NCBI GenBank assembly: GCA_029261035.1
Contig: JAJDCD010000023.1
Coordinates: 557,126 to 621,125, forward strand
Source of the DNA: Candidatus Omnitrophota bacterium
Lineage (GTDB): Bacteria > Omnitrophota > Omnitrophia > Omnitrophales > JACROU01
Reading direction: 5' to 3'
Length of the DNA stretch: 64,000 nt
The notes under the pieces were generated by a model. It was not told where the DNA came from and searched no databases. It was given only the letters and a program-made list of their open reading frames with translations. Positions 26,899 through 36,959 of the stretch are shown here, piece by piece (position 1 is the stretch's first letter; every line of letters begins with the position of its first letter). The position numbers were made by a program, and so were the translations under genes.

Positions 26899-28742
26899 AA
26901 TAATTCTGAAATCCTTTGTTCAATTTCCTCTACTTTAAAGGGTACCCCTTTTACTTTGTTAAAGCCAATGCTGTGTGATTCTGGAAATTTGTATCGAATG
27001 AGCATGAGAAGTTGTCCCATATTTAATTCTGGAATTAGAATCGTCTTAAATTGTTTTAAAATATCGCCAAGATTTTTTGGGAATGGATTTAAATAACTTA
27101 AGTGCACTTGAGAAACTTTTTTCTTTTTGTTGTGTAAGTTGGTGACTGCTTGATAGACAGCTCCATAATTACCACCCCAGCTAAGAACTAACAACTTACC
27201 TGATTTTGGCCCATGAATTTCAGCTTCAGGAATATCATTAGCAATCCGTGCGATTTTTTCTGCACGTAAATTAGTCATTTTTTGATGGTTTTCAGGATCG
27301 TAACTTACGTTTCCAGTAATGTCTGCTTTAGATAAACCGCCAATGCGATGTTCTAATCCAGGTGTTCCAGGGATAGCCCAAGGACGTGCGAGTGTTTCTG
27401 GGTTTCTTTCGTAAGGATAAAAGGTTTTTCCTTTTTCTGCTTTTGGATGTGTTACTTCAATAGAGGGTAGAGTGGAAATGTCCGGTAACTTCCAAGGTTC
27501 GGCAGCGCTTGCTAAATAACCTTCCGACAAGAAAATAACAGGAGTCATGTATTTAATAGCAATACGAACAGCTTCAATAGCCATTATAAAGCAATCTGAA
27601 GCAGTTCGAGGAGCGAGAACGGCAATAGGGGACTCTCCATTTCTACAATAAAGGACTTGAAGCAAATCGGTCTGTTCTGTTTTGGTAGGCATTCCAGTGC
27701 TAGGGCCTCCACGTTGTACATTGATAATAATGAGAGGAAGTTCTGCCATAACAGCTAAGTTCATCATTTCTGATTTAAGGCTTATTCCAGGGCCGCTGGT
27801 TCCGGTTACCCCAATTTGTCCGCCAAAAGAAGCTCCAACAGCACTGCCAATAGCTGATATTTCATCTTCGGCTTGAAAAGTTTTCACATTATAATTTTTG
27901 TAGGCAGCAAGGTATTGTAGGATTGTGCTGGCTGGAGTAATAGGGTATGAGCCATAAAACAAAGTTTTATTGGCTAAGTTAGCTGCAGTAATGAGTCCGA
28001 TAGCTAGAGCTTCATTACCCATAATTTTTCTATAGGTTCCAGGATCTAAAATGGCTTTTTTAATTTGATATTGGTTAGGAATAACTTCAGCAATGTCTGC
28101 AAAATTATAGCCGGCAGTAAGCGCTGTGATATTGGCTTCGACAATCTCCGGTCTTTTGGCAAACTTATTTTTAATCCATGCTGTTGTGTGATTTAATTCT
28201 CGATCATAAAGCCAAAACATCATTCCTAATGCAAAAAAGTTTTTGCAACGTTCCACTTCTGAAGCTTTAAGATGGAGATCTTTAAGGGCGTTTTTTGTTA
28301 GTTCCGAAAGCTTTACTTTAAGTACAGAATAATCTTTTAAGGTCTCGTCATCTAAAGGGTTTTTTTCCCAAGTGGCTTTTCGGAGGTTTTCTTCATTGAA
28401 AACACTTTCGTTAACAATGATAAGTCCACCCTTTTTTACTAAAGGAAGATTGACTTTGAGGGCGGCGGGGTTCATCACAACCAAAACATCTGCAATGTCA
28501 CCGGGCGTAAAAATAATGGAGTCTGAAAATTGAATTTGGAAACTACTAACACCAGGCAAAGTACCTATAGGAGCTCTGATTTCAGCAGGAAAGTCGGGAA
28601 GCGTAGCAAAATCATTACCCATGATAGCAGCGGTGTCAGTAAACTGGTCGCCTGTCAGCTGCATACCGTCTCCAGAGTCACCAGCGAAGCGAACTGTAAT
28701 TGAAGACACTATCTCTGTTTTATTTTTTTTTGTTTCAGTCAT
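26895..28742 (-). CDS. korA: 2-oxoacid:ferredoxin oxidoreductase alpha subunit (fused gamma-alpha type)
   Basis: 615 aa; N-terminal gamma-like domain (FAGDSGDGMQLTG), alpha-domain YPITPAS motif. Confidence 0.8.
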   Translation of the reverse strand: MTETKKNKTEIVSSITVRFAGDSGDGMQLTGDQFTDTAAIMGNDFATLPDFPAEIRAPIGTLPGVSSFQIQFSDSIIFTPGDIADVLVVMNPAALKVNLPLVKKGGLIIVNESVFNEENLRKATWEKNPLDDETLKDYSVLKVKLSELTKNALKDLHLKASEVERCKNFFALGMMFWLYDRELNHTTAWIKNKFAKRPEIVEANITALTAGYNFADIAEVIPNQYQIKKAILDPGTYRKIMGNEALAIGLITAANLANKTLFYGSYPITPASTILQYLAAYKNYNVKTFQAEDEISAIGSAVGASFGGQIGVTGTSGPGISLKSEMMNLAVMAELPLIIINVQRGGPSTGMPTKTEQTDLLQVLYCRNGESPIAVLAPRTASDCFIMAIEAVRIAIKYMTPVIFLSEGYLASAAEPWKLPDISTLPSIEVTHPKAEKGKTFYPYERNPETLARPWAIPGTPGLEHRIGGLSKADITGNVSYDPENHQKMTNLRAEKIARIANDIPEAEIHGPKSGKLLVLSWGGNYGAVYQAVTNLHNKKKKVSQVHLSYLNPFPKNLGDILKQFKTILIPELNMGQLLMLIRYKFPESHSIGFNKVKGVPFKVEEIEQRISELL

Positions 28743-28750
28743 GTTATGAG

Positions 28751-29224
28751 TTATCCACCCTCTGGGGTGTCCATTATTTTATCAGGGTCTGGAGGTAAGT
28801 TTAAGACTTCATCTGGGTAGCACTCTGCTAGAAAACGAATAAGGGATCGGACGGATACGACGCCGGTAAGCTCTTCCTTTTCATTCACAATTGGAATGTG
28901 GTAGAAACGATGTTTTCCCATTAAGTCAATGGCGGTCCCAATAGAATCATTACCCGTTAATAAGATAGGGTTTTGTGTTATAAGGTCGCGAATAGGAGTT
29001 TCTAAATCTATGTTTTTTCCTAAAACTTTTCGGACCAAATCAGTTTCTGTAAAAATACCAACGACTTTTTTGTTTTCTGTAAGAATAACATAGCCATGTT
29101 TATTATCCTGCATCAGTTCAATAGCTTTTGAAATTGTAATATCAGGAGCTGCCTCTAAGTACTTGGGCATGCTCACCTTAAACAACTTCTGACTATCTAG
29201 AATTTCCACAGGTTTTGGTTCCAT
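28751..29224 (-). CDS. CBS-pair domain protein
   Basis: 157 aa; two CBS motifs; 9-nt gap to korA. Confidence 0.6.
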   Translation of the reverse strand: MEPKPVEILDSQKLFKVSMPKYLEAAPDITISKAIELMQDNKHGYVILTENKKVVGIFTETDLVRKVLGKNIDLETPIRDLITQNPILLTGNDSIGTAIDLMGKHRFYHIPIVNEKEELTGVVSVRSLIRFLAECYPDEVLNLPPDPDKIMDTPEGG

Positions 29225-29388
29225 AACTTCCTCTTAACAGTTTGCTATTTATAATGTTAGGGTCTGTCTGGATGACATAATTCAATCTTTTCAAAAGATT
29301 CCAACATAATTGTATCACATCCTTCAATAACCTGGAAATGAATTGTAAAGAGGTTTTACATTCTTGACGACTTTGTTATGCTGTTGCC

Positions 29389-30270
29389 ATGAAAACGCAT
29401 CTTCTCCCAAAAGAAACTTATGTCGAAGTGGCATTAACTTGCAAGTCTCCGACCGATTCAGAGCAGGCCGAAATCCAGTCTTTTTTTCAGAAGCTTCGTG
29501 TGCCTTCAGATCAAAGGGCGATTTCCTTTTTTGAGAGCCAGTTCCAGCATTGTTTTTATACCCGGTCTTTAAGAATAGTAGAAAAGGCAAAAAAAGAGAT
29601 AAGGCATATTCGATCGAATAAGATTCAACTAAAAGTCAAAGTATTAGGGCGTGCGGATTGGTTGGATAAATGGATGTTGGATTATCACATATCTCGTTTT
29701 GGACAAAATTTTATGATCGTTCCAATTTGGGAAAAAGAAGAATTTCGATCAAAAAACAAAATACCTATCTATATGAATCCTCAAGGTGCTTTTGGTTCAG
29801 GGACTCATGAAACAACATGCCTTGTGATTCAGTTGATGGAGCGTCTTGATGGAAAATTTAATAACTTTTTGGATGTTGGAGTTGGAACAGGCATTCTTTC
29901 TATAGCAGCTCATTATTTGGGCGCCAAAGAAAGTGTGGGCTTTGATTATGATGAAAAGGCTGTGAAGGCTTCTAAATGGAACCTTAAACTCAATAACATT
30001 AACAGTTCTCAAATCATGAGAAAGAGATTAGAAGAAGTTCAGTTAACTAAAAAGTACGACTTGGTTGCGGCTAATGTGATATCCAAGCACTTATTAGATA
30101 ATCGTAAGAAATTGGTGAATAGCACAAAAAAAAGGGGTTATTTAATTGTTTCGGGAATTCTTTTAGAACATTTTGAAGATTTTAAGAAACAGTTCAAACA
30201 TCCTCAGCTCCATTGCATTAAAATCCTAAAGAGCAAGGAATGGGCATCTGTCCTTTATAAGAAAAAGTAA
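29389..30270 (+). CDS. prmA: ribosomal protein L11 methyltransferase
   Basis: FGSGTHETT and DVGVGTGILSIAA SAM-binding motifs. Confidence 0.75.
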   Translation: MKTHLLPKETYVEVALTCKSPTDSEQAEIQSFFQKLRVPSDQRAISFFESQFQHCFYTRSLRIVEKAKKEIRHIRSNKIQLKVKVLGRADWLDKWMLDYHISRFGQNFMIVPIWEKEEFRSKNKIPIYMNPQGAFGSGTHETTCLVIQLMERLDGKFNNFLDVGVGTGILSIAAHYLGAKESVGFDYDEKAVKASKWNLKLNNINSSQIMRKRLEEVQLTKKYDLVAANVISKHLLDNRKKLVNSTKKRGYLIVSGILLEHFEDFKKQFKHPQLHCIKILKSKEWASVLYKKK

Positions 30271-30344
30271 CATCGGTACTTCTAATCAAATGGGTTTCTC
30301 TGTATAATACCCTTTTCTAACGACTCTATAACATTGGACAATTC

Positions 30345-32642
30345 ATGGTCTTAGCCGTATTTTCTTTGTTTTTATTTTCGTTTTTTACTCCTTTTTTATG
30401 TCGTGTTTTTCAAAAGAAAAGCGGATGGCTGTTTTCTTTGCTTCCTTTAAGTTTAACGCTTTATTTTTTAAGTCAAACTTCTTTAATTCTTCAAGGGCAA
30501 ACCTTGACCCACACTTTCGAATGGGTTCCTCTACTTAATTTTTCTTTTTCTTTTCATTTGGATGGTCTGAGCTATTTATTTGCGATGCTTATTTGTGGGA
30601 TTGGAACGGTTATTGTTTTCTATTCGGGATCCTACTTGGAAGGGGATAGGTATTTAGGACGATTTTTTTGTAGCCTTTTTGTTTTTATGGGTTCTATGTT
30701 GGGAGTCGTTTTATCTAATAATGTATTGGTGCTTTTTGTATTTTGGGAATTAACAAGTCTGAGCTCTTATTTTTTAATTGGATATAACCATGAAAAGAAA
30801 GAGTCGCGTTATGCTGCTCTTCAGGCTTTGTTGGTTACTGGGTTGGGAGGGCTTGCACTTTTAGTTGCTGTTCTTATGGCAGGGAGTGCTGTTGGGAGTT
30901 TTGAAATAACTGTTTGGGTAGAGAGGTGGCAAACGTTAATTTCGAGTCCGTATATTTCTGCGATTGTAATTTTAGTTTTGTTAGCAGCTTTTACAAAGTC
31001 AGCTCAATTTCCATTTCATTTCTGGCTTCCGAATGCGATGCAAGCTCCAACACCTGTCAGTGCTTATCTACATTCATCAACGATGGTCAAAGCAGGTATT
31101 TATCTTGTGGCACGTCTCAATCCTGTTTTTTCTGAAACGCCTCTTTGGTTTACTACAATTGAAATTGCTGGGTTGACAACAATGATTGTAGGAGCTGTTC
31201 TTTCTTTCACGCAGAATCAATATAAGCTTGTTTTGGCATATATGACGGTGACAGCTTTGGGAATGATTCTATTCTTATTAGGAATGGGGACGGCCTATTC
31301 CGTAGCGGCAGCTCTTGTTTTTATTTTGGTTCATGCGTTGTATAAAGCTGCTTTGTTCTTGATAGCTGGGGCAGTGGATCATGAAACGGGAGAAAAGGAT
31401 TTAAGAAAGTTATCAGGACTTCGAAGTAAAATGCCACTTACAGCTATTATTGCTTTGGTTTGCGGGCTATCAATGGCAGGAGTGCCGCCGCTTTTTGGTT
31501 TTATTGGCAAAGAGCTTTTTTTAGAAAGCACATTAAAAACGCAGCTTTTTTATCCTCTCAATATTTGGGTTGTTAGCTTTACCAGTTTGTTTATTGTTTG
31601 TGCGGCGTGTTTTACGGGGCTAAAACCTTTTTTTGGAAAGCTTGCTGTCACACCTAAAAAACCGCATGAAGCACCTCTTGCTTTATATTTGGGGCCTTTA
31701 ATTTTTGCCGTTTTGAGTGTGGGGTTTGGGTTATACCCTAAAGTCTTGGATTCTTTTGTGACAGCCAGTGTTCATACGCTGGTTCGCTCATCTTCGGACC
31801 ATGTTCATTTAGCACTTTGGCATGGTTTTAATCAGGCATTTTTTATAAGTATGACTGTGTTAGCTGTGGGGGTGGCTTTTTATTTATTACGAGATGTTAG
31901 TTTGAAGCTGTTTAAACCTTTGGCTATTTTTAAATCTTTAGGACCTGAGAAAGCATATCAAATATTTTTAAAAATACTGAATAGTGTTGCTAAAACGCAA
32001 ACCCTAATTCTTCAGAATGGATTTCTGCGCTATTACGTATTTTTTATTATTTTGACGGCTGTTTTTTTGTGTGGGTGGGTGGTGTTTCTGCATCAAGAAA
32101 CATTGCAGATGACTTTTAATTTTTCTGATATTAAATTTCATGAGTTCTTACTTGTGCTTCTGATCATAGCAGCTACTTTAGCTTCTACAGTTTTGAGGTC
32201 TCGAATTTCCGCTATTATTTCTTTGGGGGTTGTTGGGTATGGGGTGAGTGTGATATTTGTGATTTTTGGAGCTCCAGATCTTGCCATGACTCAAATTGTG
32301 ATTGAAACGTTAATCGTTGTTCTTTTTATTTTAGTTTTTTATCATTTAAAACCTTTTCAGAATTTATCTTCTAAAGGGTCGAAGTTAAGGGATGCGTTAT
32401 TAGCATTATCCGCAGGAGCATTGATGACTTTTTTAGTTTTAGCAGCTCAAGATGTTCAGTATGCTGAAAGCATATCTCCTTACTTTGAACAGAACAGTTG
32501 GCTTTTAGCTCATGGAAGAAATGTTGTGAATGTGATTTTGGTGGATTTTCGTGCTCTAGATACGTTGGGAGAAATTACCGTATTAGCCATTGCGGGATTA
32601 GGTATTTTTATTTTGTTAAAGTTAAAGCTAGGGAAGAAGTAA
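30345..32642 (+). CDS. mrpA: Na+/H+ antiporter subunit A (MrpA/MnhA, with fused B-like domain)
   Basis: 765 aa; NuoL-like WLPNAMQAPTPVSAYLHSSTMVKAG. Confidence 0.85.
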   Translation: MVLAVFSLFLFSFFTPFLCRVFQKKSGWLFSLLPLSLTLYFLSQTSLILQGQTLTHTFEWVPLLNFSFSFHLDGLSYLFAMLICGIGTVIVFYSGSYLEGDRYLGRFFCSLFVFMGSMLGVVLSNNVLVLFVFWELTSLSSYFLIGYNHEKKESRYAALQALLVTGLGGLALLVAVLMAGSAVGSFEITVWVERWQTLISSPYISAIVILVLLAAFTKSAQFPFHFWLPNAMQAPTPVSAYLHSSTMVKAGIYLVARLNPVFSETPLWFTTIEIAGLTTMIVGAVLSFTQNQYKLVLAYMTVTALGMILFLLGMGTAYSVAAALVFILVHALYKAALFLIAGAVDHETGEKDLRKLSGLRSKMPLTAIIALVCGLSMAGVPPLFGFIGKELFLESTLKTQLFYPLNIWVVSFTSLFIVCAACFTGLKPFFGKLAVTPKKPHEAPLALYLGPLIFAVLSVGFGLYPKVLDSFVTASVHTLVRSSSDHVHLALWHGFNQAFFISMTVLAVGVAFYLLRDVSLKLFKPLAIFKSLGPEKAYQIFLKILNSVAKTQTLILQNGFLRYYVFFIILTAVFLCGWVVFLHQETLQMTFNFSDIKFHEFLLVLLIIAATLASTVLRSRISAIISLGVVGYGVSVIFVIFGAPDLAMTQIVIETLIVVLFILVFYHLKPFQNLSSKGSKLRDALLALSAGALMTFLVLAAQDVQYAESISPYFEQNSWLLAHGRNVVNVILVDFRALDTLGEITVLAIAGLGIFILLKLKLGKK

Positions 32643-32645
32643 TTT

Positions 32646-33062
32646 ATGCACTCCATTATTTTAAGAACGGCGACAGTATTTTTAAAGTATTTGCTGCTTG
32701 TGTTTTCTGTTTATTTATTGCTAGGGGGGCACAATGAACCGGGGGGTGGGTTTGTTGGTGGTCTTGTAGCTGCTTCGGCATTTATTTTATTTGCGATCGC
32801 TTATAATGTGGAAGAAGCAAGAAAACGACTCCGAATTGAGCCGGCGGTACTTATTGGTATTGGGCTCTTAACAGCTCTTTTTAGTGGACTGATTCCTGTT
32901 ATTTTAAATAAATCTTTTTTGACTGGGGTGTGGTTTCATGGCCATTCGGAAATTTTTGGAGACATCCACATAGGGAGCCCTTTGTTTTTTGATGTAGGTG
33001 TTTATCTTGTTGTGTTGGGAGTGACTGTCAAAATTATATTTTCATTATTGGAGGAAGTTTAA
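32646..33062 (+). CDS. mrpB: Na+/H+ antiporter subunit B
   Basis: 138 aa, 4 TM; position in operon. Confidence 0.75.
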   Translation: MHSIILRTATVFLKYLLLVFSVYLLLGGHNEPGGGFVGGLVAASAFILFAIAYNVEEARKRLRIEPAVLIGIGLLTALFSGLIPVILNKSFLTGVWFHGHSEIFGDIHIGSPLFFDVGVYLVVLGVTVKIIFSLLEEV

Positions 33063-33406
33063 TGTCTTTCTGGTTAGCTATTATTGTGGGAGTTCTTTAT
33101 TCAGCAGGTATCTATATGATGATGCGGCGTAGTGTAGTGAAATTGATTATTGGTTTGGCATTATTGAGTCATGCGGCTAACTTGCTTATTTTTACAGGAG
33201 CTGGAATTGTAAGAGAAAAAGCGCCGATTATTTCTAAGTTTCAGGAAACTGTTTCAAACAACGCAGATCCTTTGCCTCAGGCACTTGTTTTAACAGCTAT
33301 TGTGATCAGTTTCGGTGTATTAGCTTTTGCGTTGGTGTTAACACATCGAGCCGTTGAAAGTGTAGGGACTGATGATCTCGATCAAATGAAAGAAACGGAT
33401 ACATGA
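33062..33406 (+). CDS. mrpC: Na+/H+ antiporter subunit C (NuoK-like)
   Basis: 114 aa, 3 TM; overlapping start. Confidence 0.75.
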   Translation: MSFWLAIIVGVLYSAGIYMMMRRSVVKLIIGLALLSHAANLLIFTGAGIVREKAPIISKFQETVSNNADPLPQALVLTAIVISFGVLAFALVLTHRAVESVGTDDLDQMKETDT

Positions 33407-34902
33407 GCCACATTATTATTCTTCCAATACTGATTCCTCTCATAACGGCTGCCGTGTCGCTTTTGGGTTGGAAAAAAAGGATTTATCAAAAGAATATGGG
33501 TGTTGTCGGGGCCTTTCTTTTGTTGGTTGTAGCGGTGTATCTTTTGATGCATGTTTATCGCAACGGAATTATTGCAGTTCAAATGGGAAGCTGGATTGCT
33601 CCTTTTGGCATTACATTGGTTTGCGATTTGTTTAGTGCCATTATGGTTTTGCTTGCAGCCATTATTGCGTTTGCTACGATTTTATATTCTTGTTTTACAG
33701 TAGATAAAGACAGGGAATCTTTTGGGTATTATCCTTTAATGCATTTAATGATGATGGGTATTTGCGGGGCTTTTCTTACAGGAGATATTTTTAATTTGTA
33801 CGTCTGGTTTGAAGTTCTTTTGATCAGTTCTTTCGTGCTTTTAGTTTTGGGTGGTGAGAAACAGCAAATGGAAGGTGCTATTAAATATGTGACGTTAAAC
33901 TTACTTTCCTCAACTTTTTTTCTAGTAGCGGTTGGAATTTTGTATGGACTTTTAGGCACGCTGAATATGGCAGACTTGGCCATTAAAATAAAAACAATTT
34001 CGGAGCCAGGATTGATTACATTAGTTTCTGTTCTATTTCTAATGGCTTTCGGGATTAAAGCGGCTATCTTTCCAATGTTTTTTTGGCTTCCAGCTTCTTA
34101 TCATACGCCACCCGTTGCTGTTTCTGCTGTGTTTGCAGGCCTGTTGACGAAGGTGGGAGTTTATGCGCTTATTCGGGTGTTCACACTTATTTTTATACAG
34201 GACACAGAAGTGACGCACTCTCTTATTTTAGGGATAGCTGCTTTTACGATGGTTACAGGGGTGTTAGGGGCTGCTGCTCAAAATGAATTTCGTAGAATTC
34301 TATCCTTTCATATCATCAGTCAAATAGGGTATATGATTATGGGGCTAGGTTTGTTTACAAAAGCAGCACTTGCCGGTTCTGTGTTCTATATCATTCATCA
34401 TATAATTGTAAAATCAAATTTGTTTTTAGTGAGTGGATTTGCTCATAAAGTTAAGGGTTCTTTTCATTTAAGTAAATTGGGAGATATGTATCGTGATCAC
34501 CCTTACGTTTCAATTGTTTTTCTTGTATCCGCATTATCTCTTGCGGGGTTACCACCGCTGTCTGGATTTTTTGCAAAATTTATTTTGATTAAATCAGCTC
34601 TTGAGGTAGGTCAATACGGGATTGTTGTCGTTGCTCTAATAGTTGGCTTGCTCACTTTGTTTTCGATGACTAAGATTTGGCAGGAAGTATTCTGGAAGAA
34701 AATGGAAGGTTCTAAACCCGTTTTAAGTTCTGTTTCCGGTTTTGCATTATCTGGAATGTTTATTCCAATGGTTTGGCTTGCTTTGATGACGGTTTGCATT
34801 GGTTTTGGAGCGCAGTTTGTTTTTGGTTTATCTCTTCAGACAGCCGAACAACTCATGGATCCGACATCCTATGTTGCGGCAGTCTTACAGAGTCAACAGT
34901 AA
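33403..34902 (+). CDS. mrpD: Na+/H+ antiporter subunit D (NuoM/N-like)
   Basis: 499 aa; [17 protein letters not shown] motif. Confidence 0.85.
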   Translation: MSHIIILPILIPLITAAVSLLGWKKRIYQKNMGVVGAFLLLVVAVYLLMHVYRNGIIAVQMGSWIAPFGITLVCDLFSAIMVLLAAIIAFATILYSCFTVDKDRESFGYYPLMHLMMMGICGAFLTGDIFNLYVWFEVLLISSFVLLVLGGEKQQMEGAIKYVTLNLLSSTFFLVAVGILYGLLGTLNMADLAIKIKTISEPGLITLVSVLFLMAFGIKAAIFPMFFWLPASYHTPPVAVSAVFAGLLTKVGVYALIRVFTLIFIQDTEVTHSLILGIAAFTMVTGVLGAAAQNEFRRILSFHIISQIGYMIMGLGLFTKAALAGSVFYIIHHIIVKSNLFLVSGFAHKVKGSFHLSKLGDMYRDHPYVSIVFLVSALSLAGLPPLSGFFAKFILIKSALEVGQYGIVVVALIVGLLTLFSMTKIWQEVFWKKMEGSKPVLSSVSGFALSGMFIPMVWLALMTVCIGFGAQFVFGLSLQTAEQLMDPTSYVAAVLQSQQ

Positions 34903-34914
34903 AAGAGGGTCTTA

Positions 34915-35388
34915 ATGGTTCGATTATTTTGGGAAGCAGTTATTGTAATTGTATGGATTGCCTTGACGGTAGATTTTAGTTTGCTTAATATTGCTCTAGG
35001 AGCTTTGTTGGGTGTTTTTTTGCTTTGGTATATGCCTGTTCAAAAAAAATCTTTGAAGTATTTTTTAAAATTACCCAAAGTTTTTATTTTTATTTTTTAT
35101 TTTTTCTGGGAGCTTATTGTTGCAAATATCAGAGTGGCTTATTATGTCTTATCCCCGTTGAAAAAAGCAAAACCAGGGATTGTGGCGATACCTCTTCGAT
35201 TAAAGAAAAATTGGCAGATTACGGTATTGGCCAATGTTATTACTTTAACTCCGGGAACCTTAAGTATCGATGTTTCTAATGACAAAAAAACACTTTATAT
35301 TCATGTGATTTCAATGAAATCTGCCGATGAAGTCCGAAAAGAAATAAGAGACGGGTTAGAACAAAAATTATTGGAGGCTACGAAGTAA
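34915..35388 (+). CDS. mrpE: Na+/H+ antiporter subunit E
   Basis: 157 aa; MnhE-like; operon order. Confidence 0.7.
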   Translation: MVRLFWEAVIVIVWIALTVDFSLLNIALGALLGVFLLWYMPVQKKSLKYFLKLPKVFIFIFYFFWELIVANIRVAYYVLSPLKKAKPGIVAIPLRLKKNWQITVLANVITLTPGTLSIDVSNDKKTLYIHVISMKSADEVRKEIRDGLEQKLLEATK

Positions 35389-35390
35389 CT

Positions 35391-35675
35391 ATGTCAGGTG
35401 TGGAACTTATTCCTTATGCCATTAAAGGGGTCAACGGATTACTTTATCTCTCCATCATACTAGCATTCTATCGTTTGTTGAAAGGGCCTAGGCTGACGGA
35501 CCGTGTTGTCGCCTTGGATTTTATCGCAACTATTGTGGTGGGTATTATTGGCTTATATACGATTGAAACAGGAGAGTTCTATTATTTAAAAGTCGCTATT
35601 GTTTTAGCGTTACTCATGTTTTTGGGGACCGTAGCGATGGCATTTTTTGTTGAGAAACGAGAGGACGATTTATAA
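35391..35675 (+). CDS. mrpF: Na+/H+ antiporter subunit F
   Basis: 94 aa, 3 TM. Confidence 0.7.
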   Translation: MSGVELIPYAIKGVNGLLYLSIILAFYRLLKGPRLTDRVVALDFIATIVVGIIGLYTIETGEFYYLKVAIVLALLMFLGTVAMAFFVEKREDDL

Positions 35676-36044
35676 ATGGAATGGGTCACAATTGTTTGTT
35701 TATTGTTAGGCGGCTTTTTTTCTCTGATCGCTGCGATTGGTTTAGTTCGAATGCCGGATTTGTTTATGAGAATGCAGGCTGCTACGAAAGCGGGAACTTT
35801 GGCGGTCGGTGTGATTATGGTTGGGGTTTGCTTCTATCACCCTAATCTTAATGTGGTATTTAAAGCAGCTCTGATTGTTTTATTTCTTTTTTTGACAGCG
35901 CCTGTAGCGGCACATTTAATAGCTAGAGCTTCTTATATTGTGGGTGTGGATATGTGGACTGGTTCTGTGGTGGACGAACTTAAAGGGAAGTATGAGTTGA
36001 GAACCCATGAACTGAAAGGGGAGGAAAAGAAGGGTGAGAAATGA
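35676..36044 (+). CDS. mrpG: Na+/H+ antiporter subunit G
   Basis: 122 aa, 3 TM. Confidence 0.7.
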   Translation: MEWVTIVCLLLGGFFSLIAAIGLVRMPDLFMRMQAATKAGTLAVGVIMVGVCFYHPNLNVVFKAALIVLFLFLTAPVAAHLIARASYIVGVDMWTGSVVDELKGKYELRTHELKGEEKKGEK

Positions 36045-36145
36045 TCAAGGATTGTTTTATTCTTGTCGTAACTTACAACCTGGTCTTGGTGTGGTACGAT
36101 TATAAGTGGAGTATTAGCCTATAACGATTAATGAGGAGGTGTGTT

Positions 36146-36607
36146 ATGCAGAATTCGGTTAAGATTTTATCTGTTTTATTCTTATTTTTATTTGCTGCGT
36201 CAGTAGTGGTTCCAAGTGCTTATGCTAAGGGAGGCCATAAACATTCTCTGGAGCATAAATTTAATATGAAGGTGAAGTTTATTCTTCTTCATCAAGATGA
36301 GTTAAATATGTCTGATGAACAAGTTGAAGTTATCAAGAAAATTAAGATGGATTTAAAGAAAAGCATGATTAGACAAAAAGCAGAGATCGAAGGAATAATG
36401 GTCGATTTTTATTCTGCGTTGCATCAAGATCCTATTGATATTGAAGCCATTAATGCTCTGATTGATCAGAAGTATGAAGTTAAGAAAATTAAGATGCGGG
36501 GCATTGTAGAGGCTATTACAAATATTAAAGGGAATATGAGTTCAGAACAGAGAGCTCAGTTTAAAGATATGTGGATGGATTATAAGAAGAAACGCTGTTT
36601 TGGCTGA
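36146..36607 (+). CDS. periplasmic Spy/CpxP/ZraP-like (LTXXQ-type motif) protein, putative
   Basis: AGGAGG RBS 6 nt before the ATG at 36146; signal peptide ...PSAYA; two MS(D/S)EQ motifs resembling LTXXQ repeats; helical, KE-rich. Confidence 0.4.
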   Translation: MQNSVKILSVLFLFLFAASVVVPSAYAKGGHKHSLEHKFNMKVKFILLHQDELNMSDEQVEVIKKIKMDLKKSMIRQKAEIEGIMVDFYSALHQDPIDIEAINALIDQKYEVKKIKMRGIVEAITNIKGNMSSEQRAQFKDMWMDYKKKRCFG

Positions 36608-36631
36608 TAAAGAGTTGTTTAAATTTAACGC

Positions 36632-36663
36632 TTGTCATTCCCGAGTGTTTTTGTCGGGAATCC
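36632..36663. repeat. short hairpin repeat (family R: tgtcatYcccgaR...ttgtcgggRatcc), copy 1
   Basis: ttgtcattcccgagtgtttttgtcgggaatcc; ~80% identical to 50704..50735. Confidence 0.5.
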
Positions 36664-36713
36664 AAAAGATATATGGATAGTTTGTAAGGGATTAGTTTTT
36701 TTGAGTTTTCTGG

Positions 36714-36733
36714 ATCCCCGCCTGCGCGGGGAT
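36714..36733. other. GC palindrome atccccgc-ctgc-gcggggat
   Basis: perfect 8-bp inverted repeat. Confidence 0.4.
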
Positions 36734-36746
36734 AAATTCACAATAT

Positions 36747-36775
36747 AACTTAGGGTAAATTTTTTACCCTAAGTT
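36747..36775 (-). terminator. long perfect hairpin 11 nt downstream of the rpmG stop
   Basis: aacttagggtaaaa-tt-ttttaccctaagtt (13-14 bp stem). Confidence 0.5.
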
Positions 36776-36785
36776 ATTTGTTCAT

Positions 36786-36947
36786 TTATTTCTTCTCTTT
36801 ATACAATACGTGTTTTCTGAGGCTTGGATCAAACTTTTTAAGCTCTAGTTTCTCAGTCGTATTTCTTTTATTTTTCTTTGTATAGTAGATATGATGACTT
36901 TCAGTGCTTTGAAGTTTCACCATAACTCTATTTCCTGGCTTAGCCAT
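36786..36947 (-). CDS. rpmG: 50S ribosomal protein L33 (53 aa, Cys-less form), below the ORF-track cutoff
   Basis: [53 protein letters not shown] aligns with bacterial L33 (YTTTKNKR..EKLELRKFDP..RQHVIYKE); AAAGGAG RBS 7 nt upstream. Confidence 0.9.
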   Translation of the reverse strand: MAKPGNRVMVKLQSTESHHIYYTKKNKRNTTEKLELKKFDPSLRKHVLYKEKK

Positions 36948-36959
36948 AATACACTCCTT

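Noticed and set aside
26656-27096. 146-aa + strand ORF spanning the korB/korA junction
   Set aside because: It is antisense to two strongly supported genes.
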